The translations under genes and the position numbers were made by a program. From contig CAZXWO010000005.1 in the NCBI GenBank assembly GCA_964644565.1, positions 3,320 to 67,319 of the forward strand: a stretch of 64,000 bases of DNA, given 5' to 3'. This DNA is from an uncultured Thermoplasmata archaeon (GTDB taxonomy: Archaea > Thermoplasmatota > Thermoplasmata > UBA10834). Shown one piece after another: positions 35,578 to 43,535 of this stretch (position 1 is its first letter; the number at the start of each line of letters is the position of its first letter). The notes below the pieces were generated by a model that worked only from the letters and a program-made list of their open reading frames with translations, ran no database searches and was not told the DNA's origin.

Positions 35578-38205
35578 TTGATCTCAGTGCTCCTGGTTGA
35601 CGACGAGCCCGCGCTTCTTGACCTCGCCAAGTTCTTCCTCGAGAAGTCAGAGGGCATCGCCACGGTCCCTGCCTCCAGCGCCAGGGAGGCGGTCCAGCTG
35701 ATGGGCCAGCAGGAGTTCGACGCGGTCGTCTGCGACTACCAGATGCCCGAGATGGACGGCCTCGAGTTCCTGAAGGTGCTCCGCAACCAGAAGAACGACA
35801 TCCCGTTCGTGCTGTTCACGGGGAGGGGGCGGGAGGACGTCGCGATAGAGGCGCTGAACTCCGGCGCCGACTTCTACCTCCAGAAGGGAGGCGACCCCAA
35901 CTCTCAGTTCGCCGAGCTGACCCACATGATCAGGTCCGCCGTGGCCGCCATGCGCTCCGAGAGGGAGCTCGCCAGGAGCGAGCGGCGCTTCAGGCTCCTT
36001 GCGGAGAACTCGGAGGACATGGTCTTCAGGTACGACCTGCTCCCGGAGCCCCACTTCGAGTACGTCTCCCCCTCGGCGACGAGGATAATCGGGTACACGC
36101 CGGAGGAGCACTACGCCAACCCCAGGCTCGGGATGGAGATCGTCCACGCGGAGGACAGGCACCTGCTCGAGGGGCTCATGGAAGGCACGCTCGAACCGTC
36201 CAAGCCGCTTATCGTCCGGTGGACCACGAAGGACGGCAGGCTGATCTGGACGGAGCAGAGGCTCGTCCCCATAAGGGACACTGACGGTTCGGTCGTCGCC
36301 ATCGAGGGGACGGCGATAGACATAACCGAGAGGGTCAAGGCCGAGCAGGAGCTGCGAAGGTCCGAGGCCGAGTACAGGAAGCTCGTGATGACGGTGCCCT
36401 CCCTGATATGCCGGATGGCCCCGGACGGCACGACCCTGTTCGTCAACCAGCACGTGGAGGAGGTGACCGGGTACTCCCCGGACGAGATCCTTGGCCGCAG
36501 CTGGTGGGACGTGTTCTTCCCCGGCGAACTGAGGGCGCAGGTGGACGCCCTGATGGAGGACTTCCGGGAGGGGGACGTGTACGGGAGGGAGATGACCCTC
36601 ATCGACAAATCCGGTTCCCCGAGGACGCTCCTCTGGAGCTCGTTCAACACCAGGGCCGAGGGCGGCACCACGCTCGTGGAGATCAACTGCGCCGGGGTGG
36701 ACGTCACCGCGAGGAAGGCCGCCGAGAACGCGCTCAGGGAGAGCGGCGCGTTCAACCGGGCGGTCCTGGACTCCCTGGACGCCAACATCGCCGTCCTGGA
36801 CGGGACCGGGAGGATCGTCGCTGTCAACAGGAGCTGGCTCGTCTTCGCAGGGGTCAACGACGCGGACCTCGCGAAGGTCGGGGTCGGCTCCAACTACCTC
36901 GCCGTGTGCGACCGCGCTGCGGTCGAGGGGGACGAGGCATCCGCGCGCGTCGCGGGGGCGATCCGAGAGGTCCTGGCAGGAAGGAGGACCTCCTTCTCGC
37001 TCGAGTACCCGTGCGACTCCCCGGCGATCAAGAGGTGGTTCGCCCTCGAGGTCACCCCGCTCCCCAAGAGGCGCGGGGGCGCCGTCGTGTCGCACATGGA
37101 CATCACAGCCCGGAGGGCCGTGGAGGAGGCACTCAGGGCGAGCGAGGCGCGCTACAGGTCGATATTCGAGACCACCGGGACCGCCATGGCCATAATCGAC
37201 GAGGACGGCACCATGGCCCTGGTCAACACCGAGTTCGAGAAGCTGTCCGGCTACTCCAAGGCAGAGGTCGAGGGGAGGATGAAGTGGACCTCGTTCCTCG
37301 AGGCCGACGACGTCACCGCGCTGGCGGAGTACCACGAGGCGAGCCTGAGGGACCCCGGCAGCGCGTCGTCGTCCTTCCAGATCAGGGCCAGGGACAGGTT
37401 CGGTTCTGAGAAGGCCGGCCTGGCGAACGCCGCCGTCGTCCCGGGCACGAAGGACACGATAGTCTCCATCCTCGATGAGACCGACAGGAGGAGGTACGAG
37501 GACGCGGTGCAGCAGGCGGGCAAGAAGCTGGACCTCCTCGCGAGGATCACGAGGCACGACATACTGAACCAGTTAGCTATCCTGTACGGCTACCTCGAGC
37601 TCGCCAACGAGCGCACCAAGGACAGGGACATACTCCCCCTCCTGGACAAGGCCAGGACCGCGAGCGAGTCCATCAAGAGGCACCTCGAGTTCGCCAGGGA
37701 CTACCAGAACATGGGCACGAAGCGCCCCCAGTGGATAGACGTCCAGGCGGCCTGCAAGAGGGCGGCCTCGAACACCGAGCTCAGGGGCGTCAAGGTCGTT
37801 ACGGAGCTGGGGGACCTGGAGATATTCTCCGACCAGATGCTCGAGAAGGTGTTCTACAACCTCATAGATAACTCGATCAAGCACGGCCAGAGGACGAAGG
37901 GCATCTCCTTCAGGTACTCCGTCGGACGGGACGGGCTGCGCCTAGTCTACCAGGACGACGGCGTCGGGGTCCCCGACTCGGACAAGGCGGCGATATTCGA
38001 CAGGAGCGTCGCAGACGGGGACGGGCGGAGGGGGTACGGCCTCTACCTAGCGAGGGAGATCCTCGGCATAACGGGCATAGCCCTCACCGAGACCGGTGTC
38101 TACGGGGAAGGGGCGAGGTTCGAGATGCTAGTCCCGAGGGGGAAGTACAGGACCAAGCGGGAAGCGGAAAGGCGCAGGGTCGGCAGGAAGCCGCACAGGA
38201 AGTGA
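35578..38205 (+). CDS. Hybrid signal-transduction protein: receiver domain + multiple PAS domains + histidine kinase
   Basis: N-terminal MISVLLVDDEP...DYQMPEMDG...F.LFTG.G receiver. Repeated PAS-like blocks (RFRLLAENSEDMVFRY; YRKLVMTVPSLICR; YRSIFETTGTAMAI). H-box ITRHDILNQL and HATPase_c motifs (NLIDNSIKHG, DDGVGVP, GYGLYLAREI). TTG start. Confidence 0.9.
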   Translation: MISVLLVDDEPALLDLAKFFLEKSEGIATVPASSAREAVQLMGQQEFDAVVCDYQMPEMDGLEFLKVLRNQKNDIPFVLFTGRGREDVAIEALNSGADFYLQKGGDPNSQFAELTHMIRSAVAAMRSERELARSERRFRLLAENSEDMVFRYDLLPEPHFEYVSPSATRIIGYTPEEHYANPRLGMEIVHAEDRHLLEGLMEGTLEPSKPLIVRWTTKDGRLIWTEQRLVPIRDTDGSVVAIEGTAIDITERVKAEQELRRSEAEYRKLVMTVPSLICRMAPDGTTLFVNQHVEEVTGYSPDEILGRSWWDVFFPGELRAQVDALMEDFREGDVYGREMTLIDKSGSPRTLLWSSFNTRAEGGTTLVEINCAGVDVTARKAAENALRESGAFNRAVLDSLDANIAVLDGTGRIVAVNRSWLVFAGVNDADLAKVGVGSNYLAVCDRAAVEGDEASARVAGAIREVLAGRRTSFSLEYPCDSPAIKRWFALEVTPLPKRRGGAVVSHMDITARRAVEEALRASEARYRSIFETTGTAMAIIDEDGTMALVNTEFEKLSGYSKAEVEGRMKWTSFLEADDVTALAEYHEASLRDPGSASSSFQIRARDRFGSEKAGLANAAVVPGTKDTIVSILDETDRRRYEDAVQQAGKKLDLLARITRHDILNQLAILYGYLELANERTKDRDILPLLDKARTASESIKRHLEFARDYQNMGTKRPQWIDVQAACKRAASNTELRGVKVVTELGDLEIFSDQMLEKVFYNLIDNSIKHGQRTKGISFRYSVGRDGLRLVYQDDGVGVPDSDKAAIFDRSVADGDGRRGYGLYLAREILGITGIALTETGVYGEGARFEMLVPRGKYRTKREAERRRVGRKPHRK

Positions 38206-38354
38206 GGCGCGGGCCGCCGTACTGACCGCCCTCCCACGGGCACCCCCCTTCTTAAAGGGTATCGAAACCTTCTTTACACACTGACCGAATAGATTCCGGT
38301 CTGTGTTCAGGCTTGCGAACGGGCCTGCAGGCGCCGCATCTTGCAGAAATAATA

Positions 38355-38586
38355 GGGGGGAGAGAGCCCCGGGTTCATGCCCGGGTCTCGACGACTGCCT
38401 AGGTGCATTCTCGATAGGGCGAGGCGGGCCTGGACGTGCAATGCCGCGGCCTTCGGCCTGGACACATCGGAGACTACGGGGGAGACCGTAGCGGCGGTGG
38501 AACCCCGGGGGCGATGAAGCTCTCCTCCGGGGCCCCGCGAACCTTTTTCCCTCTCGCCGTGCAGGTACAGGGGCCCGTCGCCCCCC
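38355..38586. ncRNA. Candidate structured RNA / regulatory region of unknown class
   Basis: Lies within a 463-nt gap with no credible ORF. Bounded by G6 (38355-60) and C6 (38581-86). Stems pair 38368-73/38380-85 and 38474-79/38486-91, and GGCCTGGAC is repeated at 38427-35 and 38455-63. A TATA-like AGAAATAATA (38345-54) and a T5 tract (38544-48) fit a plus-strand RNA of about 170 nt. A weaker TATA (38603-16) fits a minus-strand RNA. Confidence 0.3.
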
Positions 38587-38668
38587 TGAATTGCGACGTC
38601 CGCAATACGTTTATGTGCGCGCACGCGCATGTTTAGCATTGTCCGAGAGGACACAGGGATGGGACCCT

Positions 38669-38956
38669 ATGTGCAGATACAGCTACCGTAGCGGCGCTTG
38701 TGCAAACCGCCACGTCGAGAGCCTGGAGTGCATCGGCGAGGAGAAATGCGAGCACTCGCAGATGAACGTCATGACCCGGAAGAGCCCCGTTGGGCCCGCC
38801 GGGGAGTGCGGGAGTGACAAGTGGCTGGGCCTGTACTGCGAGAGGTACGGAAGGTTCTACTGCGCGGGGAGGGACAGGTGCGAGACGCCCGAGCTGTACA
38901 TGAAGCACTTCACCATGCACCAGGAATCTCTTATACGAAGGAACCAGGAGGGATGA
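38669..38956 (+). CDS. Small 8-cysteine protein, paralog A (hypothetical metal/Fe-S-binding)
   Basis: 95 aa, MCRYSYRSGAC...ECIGEEKCEH...YCERYGRFYCAGRDRCE. Start at ATG 38669 inside track ORF 38591..38956. Shares its Cys pattern with the next gene. Confidence 0.6.
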   Translation: MCRYSYRSGACANRHVESLECIGEEKCEHSQMNVMTRKSPVGPAGECGSDKWLGLYCERYGRFYCAGRDRCETPELYMKHFTMHQESLIRRNQEG

Positions 38957-39198
38957 GCCTGCACTGCAAATACCTGGCCAAGGACGGCATGTGCACCGGG
39001 AAGTACTCCGGCTACGCCTGCATCAGGGAGCAGTGCACTCTCGTGAAGCAGTCCAAGAAGTGCGAGCACCACGAGCCGACGGGCGACTACTGCAGGAAGT
39101 ACGCCAGGTTCGGCTGCGTCGGGAAGGACAACTGCGAGTCCCTCGCAGACTACCTGGAGACGGCGTCGGAGGACCAGGTCGGGTCCCCCGGCTCGTAG
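38953..39198 (+). CDS. Small 8-cysteine protein, paralog B
   Basis: 81 aa, CKYLAKDGMC...ACIREQC...KCEH...YCRKYARFGCVGKDNCE. ATGA overlap with paralog A (38953-38956). Confidence 0.6.
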   Translation: MSLHCKYLAKDGMCTGKYSGYACIREQCTLVKQSKKCEHHEPTGDYCRKYARFGCVGKDNCESLADYLETASEDQVGSPGS

Positions 39199-40163
39199 AG
39201 CTCCTTCCTCAGCCTCGGTATCAGGGCCATGAGCACGGCGATCTCGCTCAGGGCCGTCCGGTCGATGAGCCCGTCGGACAGGAACCCGATCGACCCCGAC
39301 CTGCGGCCTATGTCCTCTATTCCAGTGATGTCGGACATGGTCTCGCCCACGGAGCCGCCTTCCAGGACCGCCTTCGTGACGCTCGGGGGGTACTCGAAGC
39401 CCGGTCCCCGCCCGACGGTCACACGCCCCGACGCGTCCACTATGGCGCAGTACTGGACGTCCACGTGCCTCCCCGAGAAGGGGTCCTTCACGAGGCCGGC
39501 CTCGATCCCGACGCCGTAGTCCGCCCCCGTGCGCCCGAGGGAGTTCCTGGCGCGCCGGGTCGCCCCCTCGAGTATCCTGTCGTGCATCGGCTGCTTCTCG
39601 ACCCCGTGCTCCGGGTCTACGCTGACCACCTCGACCAGCCCGAACGCCTGCGTGAAGACGTTCCTCACGGCGTCCACCTTGACCCTGTTGGTCGACCCCA
39701 CTGCGATCTTGAGGGGTCTCATGAGCCTCCCGTCCTTGTCGATCTCGCCCTGGACGATCCTGGTCGCGCTTATCGGCTCGGAGTCGTCGGCCTTGACCTC
39801 CCTTATCGTGAAGACCTTCAGCTGCTTCAGGCCGTTCCTCCGGCGCTGTTCGTTGATCCCGTCGGCGTTGGCACGCGTCTCCGGCGACACGACGATCGCG
39901 TCGATCTTCTCCGAGGTCGCGGCCGTGCCCAGCATGTCTGATATCATCACTATCTCGAAGGGCTTGCCGTAGCGCTCGAGGAACGACGACAGGCCGGCCT
40001 TCCTCTGGAAGTACGGGAGCACCTCGACCTTCCTGGACCGCCTCGCGAAGTCGTCCGAGGTCAGCCCGACCTCCACCTCGTCGCCCACGGAGAACGCGGT
40101 CTCGAACAGCAGCTCGTGGCCCTTGTGCAGTACGTTGAAGGTCCCTCCGATGCCTACACGCAT
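39150..40163 (-). CDS. coaD: Fusion protein: phosphopantetheine adenylyltransferase (archaeal PPAT) + DUF84/YjjX-type non-canonical NTPase
   Basis: N-terminal MRVGIGGTFNVLHKGHELL (cytidylyltransferase HxGH). C-terminal KIAVGSTNRVKVDAVRNVF...GVGIEAGLV... (inosine/xanthosine triphosphatase family). Start at 40163 rather than the track start at 40283. Confidence 0.8.
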   Translation of the reverse strand: MRVGIGGTFNVLHKGHELLFETAFSVGDEVEVGLTSDDFARRSRKVEVLPYFQRKAGLSSFLERYGKPFEIVMISDMLGTAATSEKIDAIVVSPETRANADGINEQRRRNGLKQLKVFTIREVKADDSEPISATRIVQGEIDKDGRLMRPLKIAVGSTNRVKVDAVRNVFTQAFGLVEVVSVDPEHGVEKQPMHDRILEGATRRARNSLGRTGADYGVGIEAGLVKDPFSGRHVDVQYCAIVDASGRVTVGRGPGFEYPPSVTKAVLEGGSVGETMSDITGIEDIGRRSGSIGFLSDGLIDRTALSEIAVLMALIPRLRKELYEPGDPTWSSDAVSR

Positions 40164-40168
40164 CCAGC

Positions 40169-40366
40169 CTACCCCATCATCGTGAGAGCGATCGCGAGTA
40201 TCATGACGACGACCATGATGACGTAGAAGTAGGTCAGCTGGTTCTTCTTCTTCCGCATCTTGGCCTTCCACTCGTCCTCGCACTTGCCGTCGCAGTACTC
40301 GTCCTTATAGGGTATAGCCTTCTCGCAGCTCCGGCAATGCCTGTGCTGGGCCAGACGTTCGACCAT
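40169..40366 (-). CDS. DUF2116-like zinc-ribbon membrane protein
   Basis: MVERLAQHRHCRSCEKAIPYKDEYCDGKCEDEW + basic linker + C-terminal TM helix (YFYVIMVVVMILAIALTMM). The track N-terminus overlaps the mvk 3' end and was trimmed. Confidence 0.6.
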   Translation of the reverse strand: MVERLAQHRHCRSCEKAIPYKDEYCDGKCEDEWKAKMRKKKNQLTYFYVIMVVVMILAIALTMMG

Positions 40367-40418
40367 GTCACTCGCCACGTTGAGAACGACCACTTGGCAT
40401 ATATCGTTTCGCCAACTC

Positions 40419-41363
40419 TCAGTCGCCCCTCTGGGCCCGTCCCTCCACGCGCACCCCTTCACACCCGACCTTCACGACGATGGGGGTGCACCCGGCCGCG
40501 AGTATGGCCCTGGACGCGCCCTCGGGGTCGTCCGTCAGAGTTATCATGCTGCCCCCGCCCCCGGCCCCGGTCATCTTCGCCCCGTAGCTCACGGGCGCGC
40601 ACGCGTCCACCGCCTTGTCGAGGAGCGGGTGGCCGACCCCGAGGGAGTTCAGGAGCCCGTGGTTCTCGGACATGAGCCTGCCGACCCTCGCCTTGTCGCC
40701 CCTCTCGAGGGCGCCAACGCCGTCCATGGTTATCTCGCCGATCCTCTCGACCGCCTTCGCGGCCCCGCGGTCCGCCTCGACCAGCTCCCTGACCTTGGCA
40801 ACCAACGGCCCGGTCGACGCGTGTACCCCGGTGTGGCCTACGACGAGGGTGAGAGGTGGCACCTCCCTGTGGTGCATGCACCATGTCCGCGCTCCCTTCT
40901 CTATCCGCCACAGGAAGCCGTCCCCCTCGTCCGGGCTCACCAGGACCCCGTGTCCGTTGCAGGATGTGGACGTGTCGGTGGGGCTCGCGCTGCCCTGGAC
41001 CCCCAGCTCCACCTCGAAAGACTTGCGGGCCACCGATTCCGGGTCGAACCTCCCCCTCTCCGCCAGCATGGCGGCGACCGAGGACACCGTTATCGCGGCT
41101 GAGGACCCCAGCCCCGACCCCGAGGGGATCCTGGACCTCGTGGTGATCTCCACGGGCGGGCCGTCCCACGCCTCGTCGAGGGCGGCGGAGAGGTACGCAT
41201 GGTGCTGCCTCTTCATCGGTCGCCCGTTGACGAGGTAGTCGTCGGAGGGGCCGATGACCGTCGTGATGCGCAGGTCTATCGCCAGGGCGAGCGCGGGCTT
41301 CCCGAACACGACCGCGTGCTCACCGAAGAGGATTACCTTCCCCGGCGCGGAACAGCGCTTCAT
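40419..41363 (-). CDS. mvk: Mevalonate kinase
   Basis: APGKVILFGEHAVVFGKPALA...IPSGSGLGSSAA...KMTGAGGGG are GHMP kinase motifs in the MVK arrangement. Confidence 0.9.
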   Translation of the reverse strand: MKRCSAPGKVILFGEHAVVFGKPALALAIDLRITTVIGPSDDYLVNGRPMKRQHHAYLSAALDEAWDGPPVEITTRSRIPSGSGLGSSAAITVSSVAAMLAERGRFDPESVARKSFEVELGVQGSASPTDTSTSCNGHGVLVSPDEGDGFLWRIEKGARTWCMHHREVPPLTLVVGHTGVHASTGPLVAKVRELVEADRGAAKAVERIGEITMDGVGALERGDKARVGRLMSENHGLLNSLGVGHPLLDKAVDACAPVSYGAKMTGAGGGGSMITLTDDPEGASRAILAAGCTPIVVKVGCEGVRVEGRAQRGD

Positions 41364-41499
41364 GTGACACCTTCAGACGCCAATCACGATATAGCCTTTT
41401 CCAGGCTCCGGGGCCCGCGGCCGGTCGAGCCGCCACATCATCGGCGGACGCCGGAGGGAAGCGTTTATTACTCATCCCGGGGCTTCACGGAGTCGGCCG

Positions 41500-42816
41500 G
41501 TGCAGGTGATGAGTCGGAGTTCGAGGATCGAGGGGTTCTACAAGCTGAGTGTCGAGGAACGCCTGAGGTTGGTCAAAGAGTTCGCGGGCCTGACGGACGA
41601 GGAGTGCCGCGCCCTCTCCGGGGAGTCGGGCCTGAGCCTGAAGTCCGCTGACAAGATGGTCGAGAACGCCGTCGGGACGTTCGCGATGCCCCTCGGGATA
41701 GCCACTAACTTCCTCATCAACGGCAGGGACTACCTCGTCCCCATGGCGATAGAGGAGCCCTCGGTCGTGGCCGCGGCCTCGAACGCCGCGAAGATGGCCA
41801 GGGACAAGGGGGGGTTCACCACCTCGAGCACGCCCCCGGTGATGATCGGCCAGGTCCAGGTCACCGACGTGAAGGACCCGGAGGCGGCGGTACGCCGGCT
41901 GCAGGAGGAGAAGGCGAGGCTGCTGAAGCTGGCGAACGAGCAGGACCCGATGCTGGTGAGCCTCGGAGGTGGCGCGAGGGACCTGGAGGCGAGGGTCATC
42001 GAGACGATGCACGGCCCCCAGGTGGTCGTGCACCTCAAGGTGGACGTCAGGGACGCGATGGGGGCGAACGCCGTCAACACGATGGCCGAGGCGACCGCCC
42101 CGGTCATCGAAGAGATCACAGGAGGGAGGGTGTACCTGCGCATACTCTCGAACCTCGCCGTTTTCAGGGTCGCAAGGGCCGAGGCGGTGTGGTCCAAGGA
42201 AGCGATCGGCGGGGAGGAGGTCGTGGACGGGGTGGTCCAGGCCTACGCCTTCGCCGAGGCCGACCCTTACAGGTGCGCGACCCACAACAAGGGCGTGATG
42301 AACGGGATAGACTCCGTCATAATCGCCACGGGCAACGACTGGAGGGCGGTCGAGGCGGGTGCGCACGCATACGCGTCGATGTCGGGCGCCTACAAGCCCA
42401 TGACCAGGTTCGAGAAGACCCCGGAGGGGGACCTGAAGGGGACCATCGAGGTCCCGATGGCGGTCGGGCTGGTCGGCGGGGCCACGAAGGTCCATCCGAG
42501 CGCGAAGGCATGCGTCCGCGTCCTGGGGATAAAGACGGCGAACGAGCTGGCGGAGGTCGTCGCGGCTGTCGGTCTCGCTCAGAACCTGGCCGCCCTCAGG
42601 GCGCTCGCCACCGTCGGCATACAGAAGGGCCACATGTCGCTCCACGCGAGGAACATAGTCGCGAGCGTGGGCTGCCCGCCCGAGCTGATGGAAGAGGCCG
42701 TCGAGATCATCGTCCGCGAGAGGAAGATCCGGATGGACCGGGCGAAAGAGGTCGTGGAGGAGCTGAGGCGGTCCAAGGGCGCCGCCGGTACGACCCGGTC
42801 TTCTGAAAAAGTATAA
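41500..42816 (+). CDS. hmgA: Hydroxymethylglutaryl-CoA reductase, class II
   Basis: IEGFYKLSVEERL...ENAVGTFAMPLGIATNFLINGRDYLVPMAIEEPSVVAA...DAMGAN.VN...ATHNKG is the class II (P. mevalonii/Thermoplasma/Archaeoglobus type) pattern. GTG at 41500 or ATG at 41509. Confidence 0.9.
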   Translation: MQVMSRSSRIEGFYKLSVEERLRLVKEFAGLTDEECRALSGESGLSLKSADKMVENAVGTFAMPLGIATNFLINGRDYLVPMAIEEPSVVAAASNAAKMARDKGGFTTSSTPPVMIGQVQVTDVKDPEAAVRRLQEEKARLLKLANEQDPMLVSLGGGARDLEARVIETMHGPQVVVHLKVDVRDAMGANAVNTMAEATAPVIEEITGGRVYLRILSNLAVFRVARAEAVWSKEAIGGEEVVDGVVQAYAFAEADPYRCATHNKGVMNGIDSVIIATGNDWRAVEAGAHAYASMSGAYKPMTRFEKTPEGDLKGTIEVPMAVGLVGGATKVHPSAKACVRVLGIKTANELAEVVAAVGLAQNLAALRALATVGIQKGHMSLHARNIVASVGCPPELMEEAVEIIVRERKIRMDRAKEVVEELRRSKGAAGTTRSSEKV

Positions 42817-42840
42817 GCGCCACACGGCGATAATCCCGGC

Positions 42841-43533
42841 GTGACGCTCCTGACCGAGGGGGACCTACTGGGCCTGGCCGGGGTGTACGGGTACGTCTCG
42901 CTCGTCGTCATCCTCTCCTGGGCGCTCAAGGGCAGGGTCATGAACCCGCGCAAGCTCGTCCACATAATGACAGGCGGCATCGTCTTCTTCTGGTGGGCGT
43001 TCGACACGAGGGAGGTCATGGCCGGCCTCGCCGCGGCCCCGTTCATCGTACTGCTCGTGCTCTGCTCTCCCGTCTCGCCGGTGGAGCTCCTCAGGAAGAG
43101 CCCTCTCGGCAGCCGCTCGTCTGAGGGGCACCAGTACGGGCTCGTGATGTACGCGGTCTCCTGGACGGCCATCGCATACCTGCTGTTCTACGACCTCTTC
43201 GCCGCATCGATCGCAATCGCGGCGATGTCCTTCGGGGACGGCATGGGCGAGCTGATTGGCAGGAGGTATGGCACCGTCAGGTACCTCCGCAACAGGACCG
43301 TGGAGGGCAGCCTCGCTGTCTTCGTGGCGACCCTGGTCTCGGTGCTCATACTCAGCTGGTTCTACTTCGACCTCGTGGGGTACGCGTACGGGGGCCCGCC
43401 GGACATGGGAGTCCTGTTCGCGGTCTCCGTGGCGGGCATCGTCACCTGCCTCGAGGCGGTCACCCCTGGGGAGGTGGACAACCTAGTCATACCACTGGTG
43501 GTCGGCGGATACCTCCACATGCTGGGGGTCTAG
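42841..43533 (+). CDS. Polyprenol/dolichol/phytol kinase-family membrane protein (CTP-dependent, CTP_transf_1-like)
   Basis: Multi-TM protein with FGDGMGELIGRRYG...RTVEGSLAVF, the motif shared by dolichol and phytol kinases. GTG start 24 nt after the hmgA stop. Confidence 0.7.
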   Translation: MTLLTEGDLLGLAGVYGYVSLVVILSWALKGRVMNPRKLVHIMTGGIVFFWWAFDTREVMAGLAAAPFIVLLVLCSPVSPVELLRKSPLGSRSSEGHQYGLVMYAVSWTAIAYLLFYDLFAASIAIAAMSFGDGMGELIGRRYGTVRYLRNRTVEGSLAVFVATLVSVLILSWFYFDLVGYAYGGPPDMGVLFAVSVAGIVTCLEAVTPGEVDNLVIPLVVGGYLHMLGV

Positions 43534-43535
43534 GT

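Noticed and set aside
38355-38586. Annotation as SRP (7S) RNA.
   Set aside because: CCCCUGUACC resembles the Alu-domain UGUAA motif. However, the core is only about 232 nt, no helix-8 GNAR tetraloop with a flanking AGCA loop could be built, and the strand is ambiguous.
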